NCBI GenBank assembly: GCA_045641065.1
Contig: JAZUGF010000013.1
Location: forward strand, 1,045-65,044
Length of the DNA stretch: 64,000 nucleotides
DNA from: Paludibacteraceae bacterium
GTDB taxonomy: Bacteria > Bacteroidota > Bacteroidia > Bacteroidales > Paludibacteraceae
Direction: 5' to 3'
Numbering within the stretch: position 1 is the first letter of the stretch; each line of letters begins with the position of its first letter. The notes under the pieces are model-generated. The model saw only the letters and a program-made list of their open reading frames with translations. It did not search any database and was not told where the DNA came from. The position numbers were made by a program, and so were the translations under genes. This document shows, piece after piece, positions 51,320 to 61,180 of this stretch.

Positions 51320-52057
51320 TTAGTCATTGAAAGTAACGCTACCGTCGTGGATGTTGTAGTAAGCACCAACGATCTTAGTCTTACCTGACTCAACGAACTC
51401 CTTAACAAGGTTACGATCATCAATTCTCTTAACCTGAGCTGCAGCGTTCAAACGGATTGCAGCATCAAGAGAATCCTTCTTGCCAACATACTGCTTAACA
51501 TCGTTCTGAATCATAGTAAGCAACTCATCGATCTTAGCCTCGTCGTTAGCCTTAATCTCGCCCTCGATAGCACTTGTGACACCACCACAAGACTCGTGAC
51601 CAAGGATAACTACAGCTTTAACACCAAGGTGCTCGATAGCGTAGTCGATGCTACCCATAACAGCGTCGTCGTTTACATTGTTACCAGCTGTACGAATAAC
51701 GAAGATGTCACCGATACCCTGATCAAAGATCAACTCAACTGGAACACGGGAATCAGCACAAGCAACAACAGCAGCGAAAGGCTTCTGACCATTAGAAGTC
51801 TCAGCAAGACGCTTGTGATCGTGGTGAGGGAATACGGCTGTCTCAGCAACGTAACGAGCGTTACCATCCTTCAAACGAGCGATTGCCTTTGCTGGAGTCT
51901 CAACTGTCTTGTCCAATGTAGCCATAACTGAATCGATGGCAGCTTTGCAACAAGTCTTAGCCTCAGAATTAGCCTCACACTTTGCTGCATCCTTCTTTGC
52001 GCAGCTTGCGAACATACCCATAGCAACGATTGCGATAGGCAAGAAAAATTTTTTCAT
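51320..52057 (-). CDS. Beta-class carbonic anhydrase (lipoprotein)
   Basis: CADSRVP…, HESCGG zinc ligands, and lipobox FASC. Confidence 0.85.
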   Translation of the reverse strand: MKKFFLPIAIVAMGMFASCAKKDAAKCEANSEAKTCCKAAIDSVMATLDKTVETPAKAIARLKDGNARYVAETAVFPHHDHKRLAETSNGQKPFAAVVACADSRVPVELIFDQGIGDIFVIRTAGNNVNDDAVMGSIDYAIEHLGVKAVVILGHESCGGVTSAIEGEIKANDEAKIDELLTMIQNDVKQYVGKKDSLDAAIRLNAAAQVKRIDDRNLVKEFVESGKTKIVGAYYNIHDGSVTFND

Positions 52058-52127
52058 TTTGTTATTTAATAGTAGTTAATTGCATCTTGGTGGAAACGGG
52101 AATTGCCCATTTCTTGAAAAAACGATG

Positions 52128-52135
52128 CAAAATTA
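52128..52135 (-). promoter_or_regulatory. -7 box (TAatTTTG, minus strand)
   Basis: The plus strand reads CAAAATTA, 71 nt upstream of the ATG at 52057. Confidence 0.4.
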
Positions 52136-52200
52136 ACGCATATTCTTTTTCGTTGTTATTCGTAGACGTGGATTTTTGCAGCGGACATCCACGTCTAAAC

Positions 52201-52234
52201 AAAAAAAACGAGAATACGCATCAGCATATTCTCG
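52201..52234 (-). terminator. Rho-independent terminator of the GlsB-like gene
   Basis: On the minus strand: CGAGAATATGC-TGAT-GCGTATTCTCG followed by T8. Confidence 0.8.
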
Positions 52235-52261
52235 CTAAAATTTCAAATTGAAATGATCTCT

Positions 52262-52516
52262 TTACTTCTTTCCCTGTAGGAATCCGATACCCCAAAGAAG
52301 GATGCATGATCCAAGTACTGCAGTGATCAAACCTCCTAGGCTGATTGGGCCAAATGTTGGAAGACCGCTGAACAAACCGCCGAACAACCAACCGCCGATT
52401 GATCCACCAACGATACCAACGATAATGTTAACCAAAATGCTATCAGCTCTTCCCATCAACTGACCTGCAAGATAACCTGCAAGTGCACCCAAAAGTAGAT
52501 ATACTATCAACTCCAT
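52262..52516 (-). CDS. GlsB/YeaQ/YmgE (transglycosylase-associated) family membrane protein
   Basis: 84 aa, glycine-rich, three TM helices (GALAGYLAG…IVGIVGGSIGGWLFG). Confidence 0.8.
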   Translation of the reverse strand: MELIVYLLLGALAGYLAGQLMGRADSILVNIIVGIVGGSIGGWLFGGLFSGLPTFGPISLGGLITAVLGSCILLWGIGFLQGKK

Positions 52517-52652
52517 TTCTTAAATATTTGTTTTGTTTATAATTTCATAAAGCAAAGGAGCAAAAAAAATGTAAAAATCACAACATATAGTGCATCAAAA
52601 ACACTTAAAAAAGATAGAAAAAGACTATTTTTGTAGTCGAAATATGTTTAAG

Positions 52653-54212
52653 ATGCAGATAAAACGCCTACATACTTTCCTTTTGAAGGACTATTTGCTA
52701 AGTTTCTTAGCCACATTCTTCGTATGTCTATTCATTCTGCTAATGCAGTCGCTATGGAGATATATCGATGAAATGGTAGGTAAGGGACTTGATTTGATAG
52801 TCATGGCTCAATTCTTCTACTATGCCGCTTTGACTCTTGTTCCGATGGCTTTGCCGTTGGCGATCTTGCTGTCATCATTGATGAGTTTCGGTGGACTTGG
52901 AGAACGTTTGGAGCTGATAGCGATGAAGGCAGCCGGAATTTCGTTGTTTAGAATCATGAAGCCGTATCTTGTGGTGATAGGATTGTTGTCAATCGGCTCA
53001 TTCTATTTCTCCAATGTGGTGATGCCGGATGTCCAGTTGAAGTGGACGGTGCTGCTTCGCTCAATCAAACATAAATCCCCAGACGTTTCTATTCCAGTAG
53101 GATCATTCTACACAGGTATTGATAACTATAGCATCTATGTTCGTAGTAAAAACCACGACACAAGAATGCTTTACGATATGATGATCTATGATTTCACCGG
53201 TACAGCTGGCGGAGGCGGGTCTGACAATATCAGAATCGTGACTGCAGATTCGGGTATGCTCGTCTCTACTGCAGACAAAAAAGGATTTATCCTTAAACTG
53301 CACGACGGTGAGATGTTTGAGAATATGAAGAGCTCTACCGTGCAGGTGTCGAGAAAGAACATCCCGTTCCGACGCGAGACTTTCGGCTACCGTGAGCTGA
53401 TCATGGACTACGATAACAGCTTGAACATGGTGAGTGAGGAGTCGGTGGCAGGAAAACAGACAACAAAGAATCTTGATCAGCTTACACAGACTATTGATTC
53501 GTTGAGAAAAGAATCAGATAGTTTGGCTTTGGCTTGTTCAAACAGATATGTCAACTCACTTTTCTTCGGTCGCAAACTTGACAGCGGATATGTAAAGGTA
53601 AATCTTGACACTATTCCATTGGCAGATGCGAAAAGCTATGAGGCAATAATCAACCGTCGCACACTATTACAACAGAAAGAGTCGTTTGACAGAGCGATAA
53701 ACAATATGCAGAATGTAAGAAATGAGCTTGATTATTACGGAGAACGCAAACGCTCGTCAATTGACAAGCCAATGTGGAAACATGATATTGAGAGACACCG
53801 TAAGTTTACTCTTTCATTCGCATGTATTATCTTCTTCTTTATCGGAGCTCCACTTGGAGCCATCATCCGAAAAGGAGGTTTTGGTTTGCCTGTCGTAATC
53901 TCAATCCTGCTTTTCATTGTCTATTATATTGTGGACAACACAGGATTCAAAATGTCAAGAAACGGAAGCTGGCCAGTATGGGTGGGCACATGGTTTAGTT
54001 CAGGAATGTTGTTCCCTCTTGGACTTTTCCTTACTTACAAAGCTGCAATTGATGCCACTTTCAATATGCCGACAGCAAGTGTGTTGGGCAAGAAGATATC
54101 CAAATTCTTCAAGGAGTTACCACAAAAGATTTCTTCCTTAAAGAATTTTTCAAAAAAGAGAAAACAAGAAGATAGTCAAGAAATATCAGTAACAAATAAT
54201 AATGAATTATAG
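52653..54212 (+). CDS. LptF/LptG (YjgP/YjgQ) family permease
   Basis: N-terminal [20 protein letters not shown], a large periplasmic loop, and C-terminal TM helices. The start is uncertain (52590-52653). Confidence 0.75.
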   Translation: MQIKRLHTFLLKDYLLSFLATFFVCLFILLMQSLWRYIDEMVGKGLDLIVMAQFFYYAALTLVPMALPLAILLSSLMSFGGLGERLELIAMKAAGISLFRIMKPYLVVIGLLSIGSFYFSNVVMPDVQLKWTVLLRSIKHKSPDVSIPVGSFYTGIDNYSIYVRSKNHDTRMLYDMMIYDFTGTAGGGGSDNIRIVTADSGMLVSTADKKGFILKLHDGEMFENMKSSTVQVSRKNIPFRRETFGYRELIMDYDNSLNMVSEESVAGKQTTKNLDQLTQTIDSLRKESDSLALACSNRYVNSLFFGRKLDSGYVKVNLDTIPLADAKSYEAIINRRTLLQQKESFDRAINNMQNVRNELDYYGERKRSSIDKPMWKHDIERHRKFTLSFACIIFFFIGAPLGAIIRKGGFGLPVVISILLFIVYYIVDNTGFKMSRNGSWPVWVGTWFSSGMLFPLGLFLTYKAAIDATFNMPTASVLGKKISKFFKELPQKISSLKNFSKKRKQEDSQEISVTNNNEL

Positions 54213-55410
54213 TATAAATACAATAGAAGAGGCGCTTGAAGACTTCAAGCAGGGTAAGTTTGTGATTGTGGTAGACGATGAGGATCGCGAAAACGAAGGA
54301 GACTTCATCACTGCTGCTGAACTTATCACTCCAGAGAAGATCAACTTCATGCTTCGTGAAGGACGTGGTGTACTTTGTGCACCAATCACAATCTCTAGAG
54401 CTAAGGAACTTGGACTTGATCGTCAGGTAGCAGACAACACATCTATCCTTGGCACACCATTTACTGTAACTGTAGATAAACTAGAGGGTTGCACAACAGG
54501 TGTTTCAGCTCACGATCGTGCTATGACAGTACAGGCTCTTGCTGATCCATCAAGCAAAAGCACAACATTTGGTCGCCCTGGCCATATTAATCCACTTTAC
54601 GCTCAGGATAACGGTGTCCTTGCTCGTGCAGGTCACACAGAGGCAGCTGTGGATTTGGCTCGTCTATCTGGACTACAGCCTGCAGCAGCTCTAATTGAGA
54701 TCCTTAACGAAGATGGTACGATGGCTCGTATGCCTCAGCTTGTTGAGGTGGCTAAGAAATACGGTATGAAGATGATCGCCATCAAGGACTTGATCGCATA
54801 CCGTAGAAAGAAAGAGTGCGTGGTTGAGACTGGAGAGAAGGTAGAGATGCCAACTCTATATGGAAACTTCAAGTTGATTCCATTCCGTCAGAAGTCAAAC
54901 GGTCTTGAGCACGTTGCTCTAATCAAGGGTGAGTGGCAGCCAGAGGAGCCAATCCTAGTACGTGTACACTCATCATGTGCTACAGGTGATATCTTCGGAT
55001 CACGTCGTTGCGACTGTGGAGAGCAGCTACAGAAAGCGATGGAGATGGTAGAGAAAGAAGGAAAGGGAGTCATATTATATATGAATCAGGAAGGACGTGG
55101 TATCGGCTTGATGAACAAGATCAAGGCATACAAACTTCAGGAGGAAGGTTTGGATACTGTCGACGCAAATATCCATCTAGGATTCAAACCAGATGAGAGA
55201 GAGTACGGCGTCGGAGCAGAGATTCTTCAGATCCTTGGAGTAAAGAAGATGCGTCTAATGACAAACAATCCAGTCAAGAGAATCGGTTTGGAGAGCTATG
55301 GACTTGAGATCGTGGAAAATGTAGCGATCGAGGTAGAGCCAAACAAGTATAACCGCTTCTACATCGAGACAAAGAAAAACCGTATGGGACATACAATCAA
55401 AAAAGCGTAA
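54202..55410 (+). CDS. ribBA: Bifunctional 3,4-dihydroxy-2-butanone-4-phosphate synthase / GTP cyclohydrolase II
   Basis: [10 protein letters not shown] (RibB) and [20 protein letters not shown] (RibA zinc site). Confidence 0.95.
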   Translation: MNYSINTIEEALEDFKQGKFVIVVDDEDRENEGDFITAAELITPEKINFMLREGRGVLCAPITISRAKELGLDRQVADNTSILGTPFTVTVDKLEGCTTGVSAHDRAMTVQALADPSSKSTTFGRPGHINPLYAQDNGVLARAGHTEAAVDLARLSGLQPAAALIEILNEDGTMARMPQLVEVAKKYGMKMIAIKDLIAYRRKKECVVETGEKVEMPTLYGNFKLIPFRQKSNGLEHVALIKGEWQPEEPILVRVHSSCATGDIFGSRRCDCGEQLQKAMEMVEKEGKGVILYMNQEGRGIGLMNKIKAYKLQEEGLDTVDANIHLGFKPDEREYGVGAEILQILGVKKMRLMTNNPVKRIGLESYGLEIVENVAIEVEPNKYNRFYIETKKNRMGHTIKKA

Positions 55411-55440
55411 ACAAAGAACCTTTTATATAATATTGTGATT

Positions 55441-56133
55441 ATGAATTTGAACATGCTTTTACAAATTCCTGAGACTGTTGCTGTAAACAACGTAGAGGAG
55501 CCAGCACAGCAGAGCATCAACCTGCTTGACACCGCAATGAAGGGCGGATGGATTATGATCCCGTTGCTACTTCTTAGCATCGTCGCAATCTACATTTTCT
55601 TTGAGCGTCTAACAGTGATTAACGCAGCGTCGAAATACGATGCGTCTTTCATGAATAAGATTAAAGACTACATCAATGAGGGCAAGATTGACGCGGCTTT
55701 GAATCTATGCCGCGACAACAACACTCCATGCGCAAGAATGATTGAGAAGGGAATCCAGCGTCTTGGACGACCAATGTCAGACGTATCTGTAGCAGTTGAG
55801 AACGTAGGTAACCTTGAGGTATCTAAGCTTGAGACTGGTCTTTCATACCTTGCTACAATCTCCGGAGGTGCTCCAATGATCGGATTCTTGGGTACAGTAG
55901 CCGGAATGATCGATGCATTCTTCCAGATGTCAAACGCTGGTAACAATATTGATGTATCATCATTGGCTGGCGGTATCTACACTGCCATGGTTACAACTCT
56001 TGGTGGATTGTTCGTGGGTATCATCGCATTCTTTGCATACAACTATTTGACAACTCGTGTCGACAAAGTAGTGCGTGATATGGAAGCACGTTCACTTGAG
56101 TTTATGGATATTTTGAATGAGCCTGCCAACTAA
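55441..56133 (+). CDS. exbB: MotA/TolQ/ExbB proton-channel protein
   Basis: Three TM helices; conserved GGAPMIGFLGTVAGMI. Confidence 0.85.
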   Translation: MNLNMLLQIPETVAVNNVEEPAQQSINLLDTAMKGGWIMIPLLLLSIVAIYIFFERLTVINAASKYDASFMNKIKDYINEGKIDAALNLCRDNNTPCARMIEKGIQRLGRPMSDVSVAVENVGNLEVSKLETGLSYLATISGGAPMIGFLGTVAGMIDAFFQMSNAGNNIDVSSLAGGIYTAMVTTLGGLFVGIIAFFAYNYLTTRVDKVVRDMEARSLEFMDILNEPAN

Positions 56134-56146
56134 ATAACTGAATGCT

Positions 56147-56560
56147 ATGGCTTTAAAACGTAGAAATAAAGCAGAGGCAAGCTTCAGCATGTCGTCAATG
56201 ACGGATATCATCTTCTTGTTGCTGATATTCTTCATGTTGACATCATCGGTGGTGCATCCCAACGCCATCAAACTGATGTTGCCGCAGAGCAATTCGCAGA
56301 CGGCTGCAAAACCGTTGACGCGAGTTACAATAGATAAGGAACTCAACCACTATGTTGCATTCGGAAACGAGAAAGAGCGTCCAATCCAGCTTGAGGAGAT
56401 AGAAGACTATCTAAAGAAGATCGAGTTGGCTGAGCCAGAGATGTACGTCGCTCTATACGCTGACGAGAGTGTGCCTCATGGTGAGGTGGTTAAAATATTG
56501 GACATTGCCAACAAGAACAAGTTCAAGCTTGTTATTGCAACACGTCCGATGAAGAAATAG
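56147..56560 (+). CDS. exbD: ExbD/TolR biopolymer transport protein
   Basis: 137 aa; MTDIIFLLLIFFM anchor. Confidence 0.85.
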   Translation: MALKRRNKAEASFSMSSMTDIIFLLLIFFMLTSSVVHPNAIKLMLPQSNSQTAAKPLTRVTIDKELNHYVAFGNEKERPIQLEEIEDYLKKIELAEPEMYVALYADESVPHGEVVKILDIANKNKFKLVIATRPMKK

Positions 56561-56578
56561 TCAAAAAAACGAGAGTGT

Positions 56579-57463
56579 ATGGATAGACAAAAACTTAAAA
56601 CCGAAGCCAAGACATACGGTGCGACGGGAACTGTGGTATTCCATGCTGTCATTTTCTTGGTGCTTATCTTCGGTTGCATGACATCGCAGATGGACACTAC
56701 AGAGGAAGGTTTGGCAGTGTCTCTCGGTGCAGACGATTTTGGTGGAAGTGATCTTTTTGAACCAACTCCAGCCAGCGAGATAGAAGGTCAGTTGGCAGAA
56801 GCCTCTCCAGCAGCAGATCCATCTACTGCCCCTGAAGCTTATCAGACTCAGGACATAGAGGAGACAGTGGCGATGCCAAAGGCAGATGAGGAGAAGAAGA
56901 AAGAGGAGGCAAAGAAGAAGGAGGCCGACGCACAAAAGAAAAAGAAGCAGGCAGAAGAGGCTGAGCGTAAGCGTAGAGAGGCTGAAAAACTTGCCCAGAT
57001 TGAGAAAGAGAATAAGCAGAAGGCTGAGATTGGAAACCGTTTGAAGAACGTCTTCGGACAGGGTGGAAATGGTGGACTTGGCAATGACAACTCATCTACA
57101 GGTAAGGGCGACGGTAGTTCAACAGGTAGTGCTGGGAAATCTACGGGTGATCCAAACAATGCCAATTCAAGTGGACATGCAAAGACTGGATCAAACAACT
57201 CATGGTCGCTTGAAGGACGTTCGCTACGTGGTGCAATGGCACTTCCGACTTATGGAGAGCAAGAAGAAGGAACCATCGTGATTCGTATTACAGTGAACGA
57301 GAATGGTGATGTGATTATCGCCGACGTCGCTCCTGGTACAGATATCACTTCCAAACGTCTACACACTGCAGCAATAGCAGCAGCGAAGAAGACAAAGTTC
57401 AATGCGATACCGGGAAAGAAGAATCAGAGCGGTACCATTACTTACAAATTTGAATTAAGATAA
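56579..57463 (+). CDS. tonB: TonB-like energy transducer
   Basis: N-terminal TM helix, K/E/P-rich spacer, and a C-terminal TonB-like domain (GTIVIRITVNENGDVI…). Follows exbBD. Confidence 0.65.
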   Translation: MDRQKLKTEAKTYGATGTVVFHAVIFLVLIFGCMTSQMDTTEEGLAVSLGADDFGGSDLFEPTPASEIEGQLAEASPAADPSTAPEAYQTQDIEETVAMPKADEEKKKEEAKKKEADAQKKKKQAEEAERKRREAEKLAQIEKENKQKAEIGNRLKNVFGQGGNGGLGNDNSSTGKGDGSSTGSAGKSTGDPNNANSSGHAKTGSNNSWSLEGRSLRGAMALPTYGEQEEGTIVIRITVNENGDVIIADVAPGTDITSKRLHTAAIAAAKKTKFNAIPGKKNQSGTITYKFELR

Positions 57464-57464
57464 A

Positions 57465-58007
57465 ATGAAAAAAGTATATGTTTTTTTGGCAGACGGTTTC
57501 GAAGAGACTGAAGCCATTTTCCCAATCGACCTACTAATCAGAGCAGGTGCGACAGTGGAGAAAGTCAGCGTGACAGGAAAGAAGGAAGTCACAGGTTCAC
57601 ACAACGTCACTGTGATTGCCGACAGCCTATTCTCAAGCGACAACTACAACGATGCCGACATGTTGTTCTTGCCAGGTGGACCAGGTCACAAAACACTATT
57701 GGAACATGAAGGATTGATCGAGTTGGTGAAGAAAGCCAACGCAGAGAAGAAATGGTTGGCAGCCATCTGTGCAGCACCAATGATCTATGGATCGCTTGGA
57801 TTGCTAGACGGAAAAGCAGCCACATGTTACCCAGGCTACGAGCAGTATTTGAAGGGTGCTGTAGCAACAGGTGCACCTTACGAAATCTCTGGCAATTTTG
57901 TTACTGGAAGAAGTGCAGGTACTGCTAAAGCATTCGCATTGGCAATGGTTGAGGCATTGTTTGGCAAGGACGCTTCAAAAGAGGTGGCAAAGGCAATCGT
58001 GTCGTAA
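57465..58007 (+). CDS. DJ-1/PfpI (ThiJ) family protein
   Basis: FEETEA, nucleophile elbow AAICAAP, 180 aa. Confidence 0.85.
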   Translation: MKKVYVFLADGFEETEAIFPIDLLIRAGATVEKVSVTGKKEVTGSHNVTVIADSLFSSDNYNDADMLFLPGGPGHKTLLEHEGLIELVKKANAEKKWLAAICAAPMIYGSLGLLDGKAATCYPGYEQYLKGAVATGAPYEISGNFVTGRSAGTAKAFALAMVEALFGKDASKEVAKAIVS

Positions 58008-58129
58008 ACAATAAAAATAGGGATAGAATATTAGGGATTTATCAATTTTTATGAAGTTTTTTGGCTATCAAGACACGTTAGTCTTAAAATATTCATATAT
58101 TTAACTGCAATTTACCAAAATAAAATAAC

Positions 58130-58993
58130 ATGAAGATTTTTAATTATATTTCAGCTTTTGCACTATCAACATTGATGTGTTGTTGTGCAGGTTCACAAAA
58201 AGAGGCAACTGCATCAGCAGATTCTTCTGCTGATACAACTACCGTATCTGCAGGAGATTTTGTTCCAGTTGAGGATCAGAATGTAGAGTGCTACGTAGAC
58301 AAATTGTCTTACGCTATCTGTATCGACTGTGATGTCCTTGACCAGTTCCGTACATTCTCAATCTACGGACCAGAGAAGAAAATCAACGAGAAGATGCCAG
58401 TTGTGGTATTCGTTGAGGGAGATGTAAAAGATATGCCTTCACTTGAGTGGCCACGTATATTTGTAGATCTAGGTTACAAGGTTTGTATCCCTAAATGTTC
58501 AAATATCAAAGCTGATCGTAATAAAGACAATACCATCAAGACATTCCGTACATCTTTGTGCGACGTGAATGATGCCCTTAGAACAATGAAGACTAAGGCT
58601 GACAAATATGGTATTGATACAACAAATATTATCTTGGCAGGTAACGCTTCAGGAGCTTACACAGTAGCGTCTTACATGTATACTTATGTTGAAGGAACTG
58701 AAAAGCTAATCACAGATGGAATCAAGGGAGTTATTTCAATCTCCACTAACGCATCTTTGAACTTGAGCGAGTTTGAGAAGAACTTCGACAACAAGGTTAA
58801 GTGTATGGTATTCCATGGAACTGCAGACAAGTATAATGAGGAAGGCCTACTACAATCAAAACAGTTGGCTTCTCAGCTTGGAGAGTTGGCTGATTTCACA
58901 GAAGTAGAAGGAGCTAACGAATTCCCTACACCTGAGTACACAAAAATTGTTAAGGATAAGTGTAGAGAGTTCTTGAAGGAGAACTGCAAATAA
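58130..58993 (+). CDS. Putative alpha/beta-hydrolase lipoprotein
   Basis: Lipobox-like MCCC, G-N-A-S-G-A elbow, and FHGTADK near the C-terminus. Confidence 0.45.
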   Translation: MKIFNYISAFALSTLMCCCAGSQKEATASADSSADTTTVSAGDFVPVEDQNVECYVDKLSYAICIDCDVLDQFRTFSIYGPEKKINEKMPVVVFVEGDVKDMPSLEWPRIFVDLGYKVCIPKCSNIKADRNKDNTIKTFRTSLCDVNDALRTMKTKADKYGIDTTNIILAGNASGAYTVASYMYTYVEGTEKLITDGIKGVISISTNASLNLSEFEKNFDNKVKCMVFHGTADKYNEEGLLQSKQLASQLGELADFTEVEGANEFPTPEYTKIVKDKCREFLKENCK

Positions 58994-59029
58994 ATTGATT
59001 GGGCTAACAAAAGAATAGCCCTTGTATAT

Positions 59030-59863
59030 ATGCTAGAAGTAGGTAAAAAAAACATACTAGAAATTTCAGAGGTTAGAGCCGACGGCTATATCATCAAAGA
59101 TATGGTCGACGGTGATACTCTTTTTATGCGCAAGCTGGAATTGCCAGACGGTGCGGAGGTCGGACAGCAGGTGGAGGTGTTCATCTTCATGAATGCAAAA
59201 CGAGAGATGGTTCCGACTACGATGATGCCTTACGTGATGCCAGGCGAATTCGGTTATCTTTACGTAGATGAGCTTTCAAAAGCAGGTGCATTGCTTGACT
59301 GGGGATTATCCCGTCCACTATTCCTTCCATCACGTGAGATGACAATGCGTATGCAGATCGACAGACGTTACTTGGTGTACGTCTACTACGATTTGGTGAC
59401 TCGCCAGATTATCGCAACAAGTAGAATAGACCAGTATCTTAACGTCTCTCCTGCCAAATACGAGCAGAATGACGAGGTGGATATTTTGATCGCATCACGT
59501 CATGAGCGCGGCTATAAGGTGATTGTCAACAACGCTCACTGGGGAATGATCTACCAGAGTGAAATCTTCCAGGAGATTGAGGTTGGAGCACTTTATACAG
59601 GCTATGTAAAGAATGTCCGTGAAGACGGAAAGATTGACATCTCAATGCAGCCACTTGGTATCAAGGTGACTGACGAGTTGTCGGATATAATTATGGATGA
59701 ATTGCGTAAGAACAACGGTAGATTAAACGTATGCGACAAATCGGATTCTGAGTTGATCGCCGACATGTTCGGATGCAGCAAGAAGAGTTTCAAGAAATCC
59801 ATCGGAGTGTTGTTCAAGCAGCGTCTGATTGAGATTCACGAAGATTACATCTGTCTTGTATAA
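59030..59863 (+). CDS. S1-domain RNA-binding protein, CvfB-like
   Basis: Repeated S1-like segments (e.g. YTGYVKNVREDGKIDISMQP) plus a C-terminal winged-helix-like tail; 277 aa. Confidence 0.6.
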   Translation: MLEVGKKNILEISEVRADGYIIKDMVDGDTLFMRKLELPDGAEVGQQVEVFIFMNAKREMVPTTMMPYVMPGEFGYLYVDELSKAGALLDWGLSRPLFLPSREMTMRMQIDRRYLVYVYYDLVTRQIIATSRIDQYLNVSPAKYEQNDEVDILIASRHERGYKVIVNNAHWGMIYQSEIFQEIEVGALYTGYVKNVREDGKIDISMQPLGIKVTDELSDIIMDELRKNNGRLNVCDKSDSELIADMFGCSKKSFKKSIGVLFKQRLIEIHEDYICLV

Positions 59864-59900
59864 TTAGACTTGTGTAACTAAAAATTAGGAGGAAAAGGTT

Positions 59901-61148
59901 ATGAGTAGTATACTGATTAAAGGTGTGTTGCTTAATGGCAAAATCACCGACGTTATGATTAAAGGCAATCGTTTCAGCAGAATTGCCCCAAACATTACAG
60001 AAAACGCTGACAAGGAGATTGACGGCAAAGGTTTTGCAATTATTCCTCCGTTCTACAATGGACATTGCCACGCTGCAATGACATTGCTTCGTAGTTACGC
60101 AGACGATCTACCTCTATTCACTTGGCTTAACGAGCATATCTGGCCAGTGGAGGATAAGATGGTAGAGGAGGACATCTACGTCGGCACAAAGCTTGCCCTA
60201 TTGGAGATGATCAAATCAGGTACCGTCTTCTTCAATGATATGTACGGTATGGTTGAGGAGAGCATCAAAGCTTGTGAGGAGATGGGTGTTCGTGCACAGA
60301 TCGGTATTTCTTTGATGGACAGAATGGGAGAAGAGTCAATCAGTGGCCGATTCGCATTCCTACATTCATATAAGAGCACAGAGTTGGTGAAACTTGCCGT
60401 CGCTCCACACGCTCCATATACAGTTTCGAAAGAGTTATTTGAGAGATGTGTAAGAGAGGCAGATAAGGCAGGTGTTATGATCCACACTCACTTGTCGGAG
60501 ACAGCAAAAGAGGTTGAGGATTGTAAGGCAGAGCACAATGGAATGTCGCCAGTTGAATGGCTTGACAGTCTTGGCGTCTTGACTGATAAGACAGCGTTGG
60601 CTCACGTGGTTCACACTTCAGACAGCGATGCGGATATCCTTGCTAAGCGTCAGTGTGTGATCGTGTCTAATCCGACATCAAACATGAAGCTTTCGAGCGG
60701 AGCCTTCCACACTACACAGCATCGTTCACGCGGTTCAAGAGTAGTGCTTGGTACAGATGGTGTATCGTCGAACAATAATCTTGACATGCTTCAGGAGATG
60801 AAGTTCTTCGCATTGCTTGCAAAACTTACTGAGGATGCAGAGTCGGCTCCAGCTGATTATGTATTCGATATGGCGACAAGAGCCGGAGCAGAAGCATTCG
60901 GTATCGACGCGGGAGTTATCGCAGAAGGCAAGTTGGCAGATGCGGTGTTAGTCGACATGAAGAATGAGAGACTTGTGCCAGACTACAATTTGATCTCCAA
61001 CCTTGTCTACTCAGCAGACAGCAGATGTATCGATACAGTGATCTGTAATGGACGCGTATTGATGCAGTCAGGAGTTGTTCCTGGTGAGGACAAGATCATT
61101 GAGGAGACACACAGAGTCTGTGCAAGATTCAAGGCAATGAAGAAATAA
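59901..61148 (+). CDS. Amidohydrolase, MTA/SAH deaminase (MtaD)-like
   Basis: Metal-binding HCHAAMT, …HTHLSET…, and …LGTDG…. Confidence 0.7.
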   Translation: MSSILIKGVLLNGKITDVMIKGNRFSRIAPNITENADKEIDGKGFAIIPPFYNGHCHAAMTLLRSYADDLPLFTWLNEHIWPVEDKMVEEDIYVGTKLALLEMIKSGTVFFNDMYGMVEESIKACEEMGVRAQIGISLMDRMGEESISGRFAFLHSYKSTELVKLAVAPHAPYTVSKELFERCVREADKAGVMIHTHLSETAKEVEDCKAEHNGMSPVEWLDSLGVLTDKTALAHVVHTSDSDADILAKRQCVIVSNPTSNMKLSSGAFHTTQHRSRGSRVVLGTDGVSSNNNLDMLQEMKFFALLAKLTEDAESAPADYVFDMATRAGAEAFGIDAGVIAEGKLADAVLVDMKNERLVPDYNLISNLVYSADSRCIDTVICNGRVLMQSGVVPGEDKIIEETHRVCARFKAMKK

Positions 61149-61180
61149 GACAAAAATATTTCAACACAATATGATATTAT

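Noticed and set aside
52162-52198. 10-bp hairpin GTAGACGTGGA…TCCACGTCTA between the GlsB-like terminator and the carbonic anhydrase promoter.
   Set aside because: It has no adjacent T-run on either strand and no second copy. I cannot tell whether it is a regulatory hairpin or chance, so it is not called.
56561-57198. Minus-strand ORFs of 124, 116 and 90 aa overlapping the tonB-like gene.
   Set aside because: They are generated by the K/E-rich repetitive coding region read in antisense (L/S/F-rich products). The plus frame continues the exbB-exbD-tonB operon.
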